Below are positions 1 to 8,511 of a DNA stretch of 64,000 bases, one piece after another (the first letter of the stretch is position 1; each line of letters starts with the position of its first letter). The stretch covers positions 1-64,000 of the forward strand of contig JAYFMW010000011.1 in assembly GCA_042408215.1 (NCBI GenBank), written 5' to 3'. Source of the stretch: Microcoleus sp. (GTDB lineage Bacteria > Cyanobacteriota > Cyanobacteriia > Cyanobacteriales > Microcoleaceae). Position numbers and translations under genes: made by a program. The notes below the pieces were generated by a model. The model made no database searches and had not been told where the DNA came from. It was given only the letters and a program-made list of their open reading frames with translations.

Positions 1-1329
1 TTGATTGCCCGGTGCGCCTTGGTTTTGAAGATTACCCATTCCGCCTTGGATTTGACCTAGAAGATTACCCATTCCGCCTTGGTTTTGATTGCCCGGTGCG
101 CCCTGGTTTTGATTGCCCGGTGCGCCTTGGTTTTGATTGCCCGGTGCGCCTTGGTTTTGAGGTGGAGGATTGCCCATTCCGCCTTGGTTTTGACCTAGAA
201 GATTACCCATTCCGCCTTGGTTTTGATTACCCGGTGCGCCCTGGTTTTGATTGCCCGGTGCGCCTTGGTTTTGAGGAGGATTGCCCATTCCGCCTTGGAT
301 TTGACCTAGAAGATTACCCATTCCGCCTTGGTTTTGATTACCCGGTGCGCCCTGGTTTTGATTGCCCGGTGCGCCTTGGTTTTGATCTATAAGATTACCC
401 ATTCCGCCCTGGTTTTGATTGCCCGGTGCGCCTTGGTTTTGAGGTGGAGGATTGCCCATTCCGCCTTGGTTTTGACCTAGAAGATTACCCGGTGCGCCTT
501 GGTTTTGATTACCCGGTGCGCCTTGGTTTTGATTACCCGGTGCGCCTTGGTTTTGATTGCCCGGTGCGCCTTGGTTTTGACCTAGAAGATTACCCATTCC
601 GCCTTGGATTTGACCTAGAAGATTACCCATTCCGCCTTGGTTTTGATTACCCGGTGCGCCCTGGTTTTGATTACCCGGTGCGCCCTGGTTTTGATTACCC
701 GGTGCGCCTTGGTTTTGACCTAGAAGATTACCCATTCCGCCCTGGTTTTGATTGCCCGGTGCGCCTTGGTTTTGATTGCCCGGTGCGCCTTGGTTTTGAT
801 TGCCCGGTGCGCCCTGGTTTTGACCTAGAAGATTACCCATTCCGCCCTGGTTTTGATTGCCCGGTGCGCCTTGGTTTTGATTGCCCGGTGCGCCTTGGTT
901 TTGACCTAGAAGATTACCCATTCCGCCTTGGATTTGACCTAGAAGATTACCCATGCCGCCCTGGTTTTGATTGCCCGGTGCGCCTTGGTTTTGATTGCCC
1001 GGTGCGCCTTGGTTTTGATTGCCCGGTGCGCCTTGGTTTTGACCTTGAAGATTACCCATTCCGCCTTGGTTTTGATTGCCCATTCCGCCTGGGTTTTGAC
1101 CTTGAAGATTACCCATTCCGCCCTGGTTTTGATTGCCCGGTGCGCCTTGGTTTTGGGGAGGTTGAGCAGAATTGCCCGGTGCGCCCTGGTTTTGGGGAGG
1201 TTGAGCAGAATTGCCCGGTGCGCCCTGGTTTTGGGGAGGTTGAGCAGAATTGCCCGGTGCGCCTTGGTTTTGGGGAGGTTGAGCAGAATTGCCCGGTGCA
1301 TTGATTGAGTTAGGAAATAGTGATTGCAT
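1..1329 (-). CDS. Low-complexity Gln/Gly/Asn/Pro-rich repeat protein (N-terminal 443 codons; 3' end beyond the window)
   Basis: ATG at 1329 gives MQSLFPNSINAPGNSAQPPQNQGAPGN... The frame stays open to base 1 with units QGAPGNQN, QGGMGNLLGQN and QGAPGNSAQPPQN. The commonest unit variants are synonymous in this frame (GGC/GGT, CAA/CAG). It is missing from the ORF track because no stop falls inside the window. Confidence 0.8.
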   Translation of the reverse strand, partial: MQSLFPNSINAPGNSAQPPQNQGAPGNSAQPPQNQGAPGNSAQPPQNQGAPGNSAQPPQNQGAPGNQNQGGMGNLQGQNPGGMGNQNQGGMGNLQGQNQGAPGNQNQGAPGNQNQGAPGNQNQGGMGNLLGQIQGGMGNLLGQNQGAPGNQNQGAPGNQNQGGMGNLLGQNQGAPGNQNQGAPGNQNQGAPGNQNQGGMGNLLGQNQGAPGNQNQGAPGNQNQGAPGNQNQGGMGNLLGQIQGGMGNLLGQNQGAPGNQNQGAPGNQNQGAPGNQNQGAPGNLLGQNQGGMGNPPPQNQGAPGNQNQGGMGNLIDQNQGAPGNQNQGAPGNQNQGGMGNLLGQIQGGMGNPPQNQGAPGNQNQGAPGNQNQGGMGNLLGQNQGGMGNPPPQNQGAPGNQNQGAPGNQNQGAPGNQNQGGMGNLLGQIQGGMGNLQNQGAPGNQ

Positions 1330-1487
1330 GGTGTAATTACCCGGATTGGTTTTCTAAGTTTGAATTAGTTGTCAGGCTAAAGGAATGAATTCTCGATCGC
1401 CCTTTGCTTTAGTCGCTACAATCATTAAACTGGTTGAACATGACATTTATCTCTGTGTTAGGATTACAGTTTTGTAATCTAGAGAAA

Positions 1488-2015
1488 TTAGCGTTTTTCC
1501 GAATTTTGGGGTAGATTACGATCGCCAGGTGGACGCGGTGGAATGCCCAAAAATTTAATCAACTGTGCTTCGGTAACACCCAACTTTTTCGCAGCACCGG
1601 GAATATCTAAAGGAGGAGGGGGCGGTGGGCTGGGCGGGCGATTATTTTGAGTTGGTGGTGCGGGCGGTTTGGCGGGTAGCCCCAAAGCTTCGATTAACTG
1701 GGCTTCGGTGACTCCTAATTTTTTAGCCGCAGCAGCTAAATCTATACGGGGCGGATGTCTGCGCTCTTGACTGGGTTTGGGTTGGCTCTGGGCTAGTAGA
1801 GTATTAGAACTGAGATCTTGCACCTCTGTCAGCAACAAGCAAGATGCTTGTTCCACAAAAAGTAAATTTTCTTCTTGTGGAACGGGCATCTTGCTTGTTC
1901 TTGAGAATTGTGCAATATATAAGTTAGAACTAACTGTAGTCCGGGGAAAACTCAAGCTGCTCAATCCCAGCAGCAAGGCTGTAGCAGGTAATCCGAGTAG
2001 TGAATCAATTTTCAT
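1488..2015 (-). CDS. Putative secreted Pro-rich protein with two DxxxAAKKLGVTEAQLIxxLG repeats
   Basis: Signal-like hydrophobic N-terminus from MKIDSLLGLPATALLLGLSSL; duplicated helical motif; start chosen at the internal ATG. Confidence 0.65.
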   Translation of the reverse strand: MKIDSLLGLPATALLLGLSSLSFPRTTVSSNLYIAQFSRTSKMPVPQEENLLFVEQASCLLLTEVQDLSSNTLLAQSQPKPSQERRHPPRIDLAAAAKKLGVTEAQLIEALGLPAKPPAPPTQNNRPPSPPPPPPLDIPGAAKKLGVTEAQLIKFLGIPPRPPGDRNLPQNSEKR

Positions 2016-2263
2016 GATATTTACGATCGCCGCTCCAAAAATGTTGACAGCTACATTAAACTCCCACAACATGACCTGCAACTCTGCGGATAGATTACAG
2101 TTTTGTAATTTAGTTCAATCAAATATCGCGCTATAATCACAACGGAATTGGTCAGTAGTTATTTGTTATTTGTTATTTGTGATGAGCTACCAATGCCCAA
2201 TGCCCAATGCCCAATGCCCAATGCCCGATGCCCAATGCCCAATGCCCAACTCCATCTAAATCT

Positions 2264-2947
2264 ATGAATGTTCTATACGTTGAAGATGAAGAAAAAATCG
2301 CCAATTTTGTTTGTATGGGTTTGAAAGAACAAGGCTTTGTTGTGGATTATTGCGATAATGGCAATGATGGTTATGGGCGGGCGATGGATAATCAGTACGA
2401 TGCGATCGTCCTGGATATTGTATTGCCGGGAAAAGATGGATTATCTATTCTTAAACATCTGCGAAAGGCTGGACGCAATGTACCTGTGATTTTATTAACG
2501 GCTCGTAATGAACTAGACGATCGCATTGAAGGGTTACATCTCGGTGCTGATGACTATTTGGCTAAACCGTTTTTTGTTGAGGAGTTAATTGCTCGGATTT
2601 ATGCTGTGGTGCGACGGGCTTCTGGCGATCGCCAAAATATTCTCAGTGTTGGCCCAGTTAAGCTCGATCGCATTCTCCGAGAAGTTACCTGCGATTCTCA
2701 TGCAGTAGAACTTACCACCCGCGAGTTTAATCTGTTGGAATATCTGATGCGATCGCCCGGTAGGGTACTCACCCGCACGCAAATCCTCGAACATATCTGG
2801 GGCTATGATTTTAATCCGAATACGAATGTGGTAGATGTATGTATTCAACGCATTCGCAAGAAAATTGAACCGATCGGCGGTACGGGATGGGTTGAGAGCG
2901 TGCGCGGCGTTGGCTATCGGTTTCGCAAACCAGATTCCCCATCATGA
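2264..2947 (+). CDS. OmpR-family response regulator (REC + winged helix), CusR/CzcR-like
   Basis: MNVLYVEDE, DIVLPGKDG, GADDYLAKPF, VESVRGVGY. The upstream ORF extension is a CCCAATG heptamer repeat. Confidence 0.92.
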   Translation: MNVLYVEDEEKIANFVCMGLKEQGFVVDYCDNGNDGYGRAMDNQYDAIVLDIVLPGKDGLSILKHLRKAGRNVPVILLTARNELDDRIEGLHLGADDYLAKPFFVEELIARIYAVVRRASGDRQNILSVGPVKLDRILREVTCDSHAVELTTREFNLLEYLMRSPGRVLTRTQILEHIWGYDFNPNTNVVDVCIQRIRKKIEPIGGTGWVESVRGVGYRFRKPDSPS

Positions 2948-4509
2948 AACTGCAATCTTTTCGCTTTCGGATTACTCTATTATCTGCTGTTCTGGCAAGT
3001 ATTTCTCTGATGGGCTTTAGTATTGTTTCGTGGTGGTTGATTTACGATGCTAAGGTAAAGCGTCTTGATGCTGAAATAGAAACTCAGTTAATCCAAGCTA
3101 CCCGCGAGCGATCGCCCGAATGGGATACTTATACTAATTCTTTGTCATTAGTTTTGGGCATGAATGGGGAAACCACCGTGGCTTTGCTGGTGACAGACAG
3201 AGATGGTAATTTGCTCTACCAATCGAGGGAGTGGCAAGATGGATTTGATGCAGATTCACTATGGCGATCGCTGCCCCAACCCCCTCCCCATCCTGATAGA
3301 ATACCTTTTGAATTAGAACCTCTCCATCCACCACCTCCACCACCTCCACCCAATCCACTCGCTCTACTCGCTCCACTCGCTCCACCACATCCCGCTCGCC
3401 CTGATTCATTCTCACCGACAGAACGAAGACCTCCGCGCGATCGACCACCTCAACACGATCGGCCCCATTTTCCTCCTGTTTTCCAGCCCTTGCTAGCAAC
3501 AAGGCGTGCTAGCAAGGCTGTTTGGCGTGTGGGTGCTATTCATTCTCCTCGGACTCAAGCAGCGATCGCCGTTAACTTACAGGCGATCGATCTAGAAATG
3601 GCATCGATTGGTAATATCTTTCTCATTGCTATTCCCGTAGTGCTTTTACTCGTAACCGGTGGAGCGTGGGTGATATCGCGGAGTATACTCTATCCCATTG
3701 GGCGACTCACTACGGCGATCGGCAATGTCACTGTACAAGGGCTCGATCATCGTGTCCCAGTCGGTTCAACAGATATAGAGTTTGTAGAATTAATTTTTGT
3801 GTTCAATCAGATGTTAGAACGTCTCGAACGGAGTTTTCAGCAAGCTTCTCGATTTAGTGGAGATGCAGCCCATGAACTAAAGACACCGCTGGCAATTTTG
3901 CAAGGCCAACTAGAACGGGCTTTGCATCAAGCAGAACCGGGTTCGGAGATACAGCAAACTGTGAGTAATTTATTGGATGAAGTGCGCCGATTGACTGAAA
4001 TTACCCGTAAACTTTTACTGCTTTCCCTAGCAGATGCCGGACGCATGAGCTTAAATTGGGTTGAGGTGAATATGTCGGCTCTGTTAGCTGAAATTGCCGA
4101 AGATATGGAACTGCTGGCACCAGATTTAGAAGTACAAATGGCAATTTCTCCTAGTTTATATATCAAGGGCGATCGGGATTTGCTGGTGCAGGTTTTGCAA
4201 AATCTGGTGGGTAATGCGATTAAATATAATTTGCCAGATGGTTGGCTCAGGTTACAGGCTAACTGTCATGGAAAAACAGTAATTGTGAAAATTGTCAATA
4301 GTTCTCAAGATATTTGTTTTCGCGAGCGCGATCGCATTTTCGAGCGCTTCCATCGTGGCGACTCCACTCAAACCAAAAAAATCGAAGGATCGGGATTGGG
4401 ACTAAGCCTAGCACGGGAAATTGCACGGGCCCACGGCGGCGATATCAAACTAGATGCTGCCATACTTGGTCAAACAGCATTCACACTCAGTTTACCTGTG
4501 GGCGATTAG
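2944..4509 (+). CDS. Membrane sensor histidine kinase (2 TM, HAMP, HisKA, HATPase) with a Pro-rich extracytoplasmic region
   Basis: DAAHELKTPL, NLVGNAIKY, GSGLGLSLA; ATGA overlap with the regulator. Confidence 0.92.
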   Translation: MKLQSFRFRITLLSAVLASISLMGFSIVSWWLIYDAKVKRLDAEIETQLIQATRERSPEWDTYTNSLSLVLGMNGETTVALLVTDRDGNLLYQSREWQDGFDADSLWRSLPQPPPHPDRIPFELEPLHPPPPPPPPNPLALLAPLAPPHPARPDSFSPTERRPPRDRPPQHDRPHFPPVFQPLLATRRASKAVWRVGAIHSPRTQAAIAVNLQAIDLEMASIGNIFLIAIPVVLLLVTGGAWVISRSILYPIGRLTTAIGNVTVQGLDHRVPVGSTDIEFVELIFVFNQMLERLERSFQQASRFSGDAAHELKTPLAILQGQLERALHQAEPGSEIQQTVSNLLDEVRRLTEITRKLLLLSLADAGRMSLNWVEVNMSALLAEIAEDMELLAPDLEVQMAISPSLYIKGDRDLLVQVLQNLVGNAIKYNLPDGWLRLQANCHGKTVIVKIVNSSQDICFRERDRIFERFHRGDSTQTKKIEGSGLGLSLAREIARAHGGDIKLDAAILGQTAFTLSLPVGD

Positions 4510-4842
4510 CCCATTCTCGATCGCAGTCCTTTCCACAAAAGTCGAATCACTCCTGCACTTTTTTTAAAGCTTATCCAATGTCAGTTGGTATTTTCTGGTT
4601 TCAAAATTGACTTGTTTGCGGTTTTAAGTGTTTCTGTTTGCACTACACCGACTCAAGATCGTTGATACCGCAACTTCTCTTCTAACATGAGCAGATAGTT
4701 GGCTCGGAACATCCTCATCTGATAATCCCGTGAATCCTTCTGTTTTAAGGTTTCCCAAGCTTCTTGTTTGCCTTTCAGACTTTTCTCTCTAGTAACGTCC
4801 ATCATTTCTTGGGTAATCTGATTAAACCCTGAATCTGGCTAC

Positions 4843-6302
4843 AAAGAAGCCCACACGCTCTGTGTACTCACTCAGTGTGGGAGTATTATAAAACTTTATT
4901 AAGTTTGTAAGCAGTAGCAAGCAATGGTAGTATCATATAGTCAGAAGGCTCAACTGAGATAATTATTGCGATTGTTAAAAAATGGAGAGTCAGAATGCAA
5001 CTAGTAGAGAGGCATATCATTAAATCCACCGAGAATCGTTTTGTTGAAATTGACGGATTAGCCTTTAAATCCAAAAATCTCTACAACGTCGCTAACTACG
5101 TTATTCGTCAGAGTTTTGTCTATGGATGGGGTTATATCAATTACAACGAAATGAACAGTTTGATGAAGTCTCATCAAGCATACAAGGACTTACCAGCCAA
5201 GGTAAGTCAACAAATCTTGATGATATTGGACAAGAATTGGCAAGCTTTTTTTGCAGCAGTCAAAGCTTACAATATTGAGCCAACAAAATTTACTGGTCGC
5301 CCAAAGTTGCCCAAGTACAAAGATAAAGTCAAGGGTCGGAATATTCTCGTCTATACGATTCAGGCGATTAGTAGCAAGCAACTTAAGAAAGGAATTATTA
5401 AGCTTTCCGGTACTAATATCTTGATTAAGACCCTGGTAAAGTCCGAACAACTTTGTCAAGTTAGGTTAGTTCCTAAGTGTGATTCTTATGTAATTGAGGT
5501 AATTTATAATGATCCGGAGTCTACCGTCGAACCAAGTCCGAAAGAAGCAATTGCTAGTATCGATTTAGGGCTAAATAATTTAGTGGCGTTAACTTCAAAT
5601 CAGCCGGTATTTGTCCCTTTACTGATTAACGGACGACCATTAAAATCAATTAATCAGTTTTACAACAAGCGTAAAGCACATCTACAATCTCGATTGAAAG
5701 AGAGTCGCAAAACATCGTGTAGAATTCAGCGATTGACTCGTTGTAGGAACCAAAAAATCGATAATTACTTGCACTCCTCTAGTCGTTCCATCATCAATCT
5801 TTTAAGAGAACGAAAGATTGGGACTCTGGTAATAGGAAAAAATGTACAATGGAAAAACGAGATTAATTTGGGGAAACAAACTAATCAGAACTTCGTAACT
5901 GTTCCTCATGCTCGATTAATTGAGATGTTGGAATATAAGGCTGTATTGGTTGGAATAAAAGTGATGGTGCAGGAAGAATCATATACTTCTCAATCCAGTT
6001 TCCTAAATTTAGATCCAATTCCTGTATACGGGAGTATTGGCGTCCTGGATGTCACATTTAGTGGCCAACGAATTAAGAGAGGATTGTACAAAACATCGAG
6101 CGGTCAATTAATTAATGCCGATGTTAATGGGTCTTACAATATTATGCGAAAAGCAATCCCAAATGCCTTGTGCAATGGGATAGAGAGCTGCGTAGTTCAG
6201 CTTGAGAAGGGTTAATCCGCTCGAAGTAAAAGCGAAAGGGGAGGGATTCAACGCCTCCCATGGCACTGTAATAGATGACTATACTTTTACAAGCTATGTC
6301 AC
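4843..6302 (+). mobile_element. IS200/IS605-family tnpB-only element (boundaries approximate)
   Basis: Subterminal hairpin CCCACAC...CAGTGTGGG at ~4850-4882, then tnpB, then a possible right end at TATGTCAC (6302). No tnpA. Confidence 0.55.
4995..6215 (+). CDS. tnpB: RNA-guided endonuclease TnpB (rearranged RuvC type)
   Basis: MQLVERHII, NLYN, IDLGLNNL (RuvC-I D), LVIGKN, QEESYTS, INADVNGS (RuvC-III D). Confidence 0.9.
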   Translation: MQLVERHIIKSTENRFVEIDGLAFKSKNLYNVANYVIRQSFVYGWGYINYNEMNSLMKSHQAYKDLPAKVSQQILMILDKNWQAFFAAVKAYNIEPTKFTGRPKLPKYKDKVKGRNILVYTIQAISSKQLKKGIIKLSGTNILIKTLVKSEQLCQVRLVPKCDSYVIEVIYNDPESTVEPSPKEAIASIDLGLNNLVALTSNQPVFVPLLINGRPLKSINQFYNKRKAHLQSRLKESRKTSCRIQRLTRCRNQKIDNYLHSSSRSIINLLRERKIGTLVIGKNVQWKNEINLGKQTNQNFVTVPHARLIEMLEYKAVLVGIKVMVQEESYTSQSSFLNLDPIPVYGSIGVLDVTFSGQRIKRGLYKTSSGQLINADVNGSYNIMRKAIPNALCNGIESCVVQLEKG

Positions 6303-6342
6303 GATAGCAGTATCAGAAACATTTTACCCGGAGGCAGAGACA

Positions 6343-6789
6343 GTGAAATCAAGAATTATTACAACCGCAGCAATAATTGCCGCGATCGGCTTTCTGGCTC
6401 CCCATCCAGTCTTGTCTCAACCAGCCACAGACGGCGGACGCAAACCTGGATTCTGGCAACCGGAAGCACAGGTTGACAATACTCGCAACATTACGCTCAG
6501 GCTATTAAACGAAACAGGATTAAACTTAGAATATGGTCAGTCTGGTGTCAGTTTATCATCCTTGCCTGTCGGAACTCAAAAAAACGTCATTGTTCGCGTC
6601 AGCAACCGCACGGGCGATCTTGCTAATATTCCGATTAACGTTAAAGGGGGAAGCACAACTTTGAAATACGACTATAGTGTTGACCGTCAGAAAAACACGG
6701 TGACAATTCGCATCACCACATCTGATGGACGCACTAGGCAAGACCGTGCAGTTTATATTGATGAGAAGGGGCGAATCTACTCTTTCTAA
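6343..6789 (+). CDS. Putative secreted hypothetical protein
   Basis: GGAGG RBS before GTG 6343; signal peptide-like KSRIITTAAIIAAIGFLAPHPVLS. Confidence 0.7.
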   Translation: MKSRIITTAAIIAAIGFLAPHPVLSQPATDGGRKPGFWQPEAQVDNTRNITLRLLNETGLNLEYGQSGVSLSSLPVGTQKNVIVRVSNRTGDLANIPINVKGGSTTLKYDYSVDRQKNTVTIRITTSDGRTRQDRAVYIDEKGRIYSF

Positions 6790-6940
6790 TCTGTATACAA
6801 TTCGTTTGTAGTAAGGACTTTAGTCCTTATTCGCTAAAAGCTTTAACAGAGGACTGTCGTCCTCACTACAAACTCTAGATTAGTCTCTGGGGGCATTTCA
6901 ACGCCTAGAAAGGTTTGAAAAGATGCCCTCTTGTTGCACT

Positions 6941-7159
6941 TTAGTCGATCGAGATAGACTGAGGCCCCGTGCTTTTACCGTTGTTGGCGGACGTCGGGCT
7001 CGGAGTGTAGGAACTTGAACCAGCTTGCTCGTCGATCCAGCTTTTAACTGGATCGTCGTTAAGGTTGAGTCGAAGTAAACCCGAAAAAAATCCGCCCGTG
7101 AATGCGATCGGCTGTTGGATCAATTCTTTGACCATTGGGATGAGTTCGTCGAGGAACAT
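6941..7159 (-). CDS. Small conserved-type cyanobacterial hypothetical protein
   Basis: AGGAG RBS; MFLDELIPMVKELIQQPIAFTGGFFSGLLRLNL..DDPVKSWI. Confidence 0.75.
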   Translation of the reverse strand: MFLDELIPMVKELIQQPIAFTGGFFSGLLRLNLNDDPVKSWIDEQAGSSSYTPSPTSANNGKSTGPQSISID

Positions 7160-7412
7160 TCAAGAGTCTCCTTGTGCTGCTGGGGTTCTAATTCATTTTA
7201 CCCTAGAAATCCGGGCGGGCACTCACAGGTACCGCCCCTACAGAAATCCGGGCGGTATCTCCTGCCCAACCCCTACTCCCCACAAGAAAACTTACTTTTT
7301 GTGCAACAGGTATCTTGCTTGTTGTGGCGATCGCTTAATTTGTCACTAAAATTCTTAGGACTTACGCACGAATAACCTAATTCTGTCATTCTGAGAGAAG
7401 CGAAGCATCTCA

Positions 7413-7577
7413 TACCAGTTTTTTATGAGGCCCCGTAGAATCTGATCCCCCCTAACCCCCCTTAATAAGGGGGGAACAAGATTCTGCTCTTTCGTCAACC
7501 CCTACTCACACCCTACTCCCTTATTAAGGGGGATGCGAGGGGGATCGAGATATATGCAACGACCCATTAAATTGGTA
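7413..7577. mobile_element. 165-bp MITE, copy 1 (TIR TACCA(A/G)TTT...AAATTGGTA, 3-bp TSD TCA)
   Basis: Near-identical to 56318-56482; flanked by TCA on both sides (7410-7412, 7578-7580). Confidence 0.85.
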
Positions 7578-7722
7578 TCAAACCTTATTCTGTGATTCTG
7601 AGAGAAGCGACGAATCTCAAACCTTATTCTGTGATTCTGAGAGAAGCGAAGCATCTCAAAACTTAGACAAAGCGTCGAGATTGCGTAAGTCTTAATTCTA
7701 ATCAATTTGCTGGAAAAATTTT

Positions 7723-8511
7723 ATGTGCCGTTTGCTGGGCTACCTTGGCGATCCCATTTTACTCGATTCTATTCTGTACAAGCCGGAACATTCGCTCATA
7801 GTGCAGAGTTACCAACCCCGCGAAATGACTTCCGGTGTACTCAATGCTGATGGTTTTGGCCTTGGTTGGTATCACCGAAACCCAGATACTGACCCGTTTA
7901 CTTATAAAAATATCCAGCCAATTTGGAGCGACATCAACCTTCCAAGTATCAGTCGATATGTTGAATCGGGATGTGCTCTAGCCTATGTTCGCAGTGCAAC
8001 TTCGGGACAAGCAGTAGATTTGAGCAACTGTCAGCCCTTTGGGTTCGATCGCATTCTGTTTGTCCACAACGGCTTTGTGCAAAACTTTCGCCAAACTCTT
8101 TACAGACAAATTCGCGCTCTATTTAGCGATCGCACCTATCAGTTAATTAATGGCACTACAGATTCAGAGCATATTTTTGGTTTATTTGTCAATGAATTCG
8201 CCGCTGCAAATCTTACTTTAGAAGCTGCTTTGCGAAACGCACTAAAAACTTTAGCAGAGCTAGCAAACTTCGAGCAAGTAGAATTTTCAGCTAATATCAT
8301 GATCTGCGACGGACACCAGCTAGTAGCCTCTCGCTTTGCTTCCAAAAAAGCTCCTCCTTCCCTTTATTGGCTACAAGACGATCCAAATTTCCCAAAAGCT
8401 GTCATTATAGCTTCTGAACCTTTATTTGTCGGCAATTGGCACTCGTGCCCAGCCCAAAGCATTATCAGTACGGGAGAAGACGGTGAAATCAAAATCTATC
8501 CAATCTTGTAG
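7723..8511 (+). CDS. egtC: Ergothioneine biosynthesis amidohydrolase EgtC (Ntn class II glutamine amidotransferase-like)
   Basis: N-terminal MCRLLGY, NADGFGLGWY, GTTDSEH; first gene of the egtC-B-D cluster. Confidence 0.9.
   Translation: MCRLLGYLGDPILLDSILYKPEHSLIVQSYQPREMTSGVLNADGFGLGWYHRNPDTDPFTYKNIQPIWSDINLPSISRYVESGCALAYVRSATSGQAVDLSNCQPFGFDRILFVHNGFVQNFRQTLYRQIRALFSDRTYQLINGTTDSEHIFGLFVNEFAAANLTLEAALRNALKTLAELANFEQVEFSANIMICDGHQLVASRFASKKAPPSLYWLQDDPNFPKAVIIASEPLFVGNWHSCPAQSIISTGEDGEIKIYPIL

Noticed and set aside
12..1308. Plus-strand ORFs (RLGFDCPV repeats) and minus-strand ORF 939-1301
   Set aside because: Shadow frames of the repeat. Variants are non-synonymous and stops occur in these frames, unlike the frame from ATG 1329.
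4510..4830. Protein-like fragments on the minus strand (QEAWETL.., EGFTGLSDEDVPSQL)
   Set aside because: Short and broken with no recognisable family; possibly a relic but unsupported.
6202..6342. N-terminal extension of ORF 6202-6789
   Set aside because: It lies in the tnpB tail/IS end; the RBS and signal peptide favour GTG 6343.
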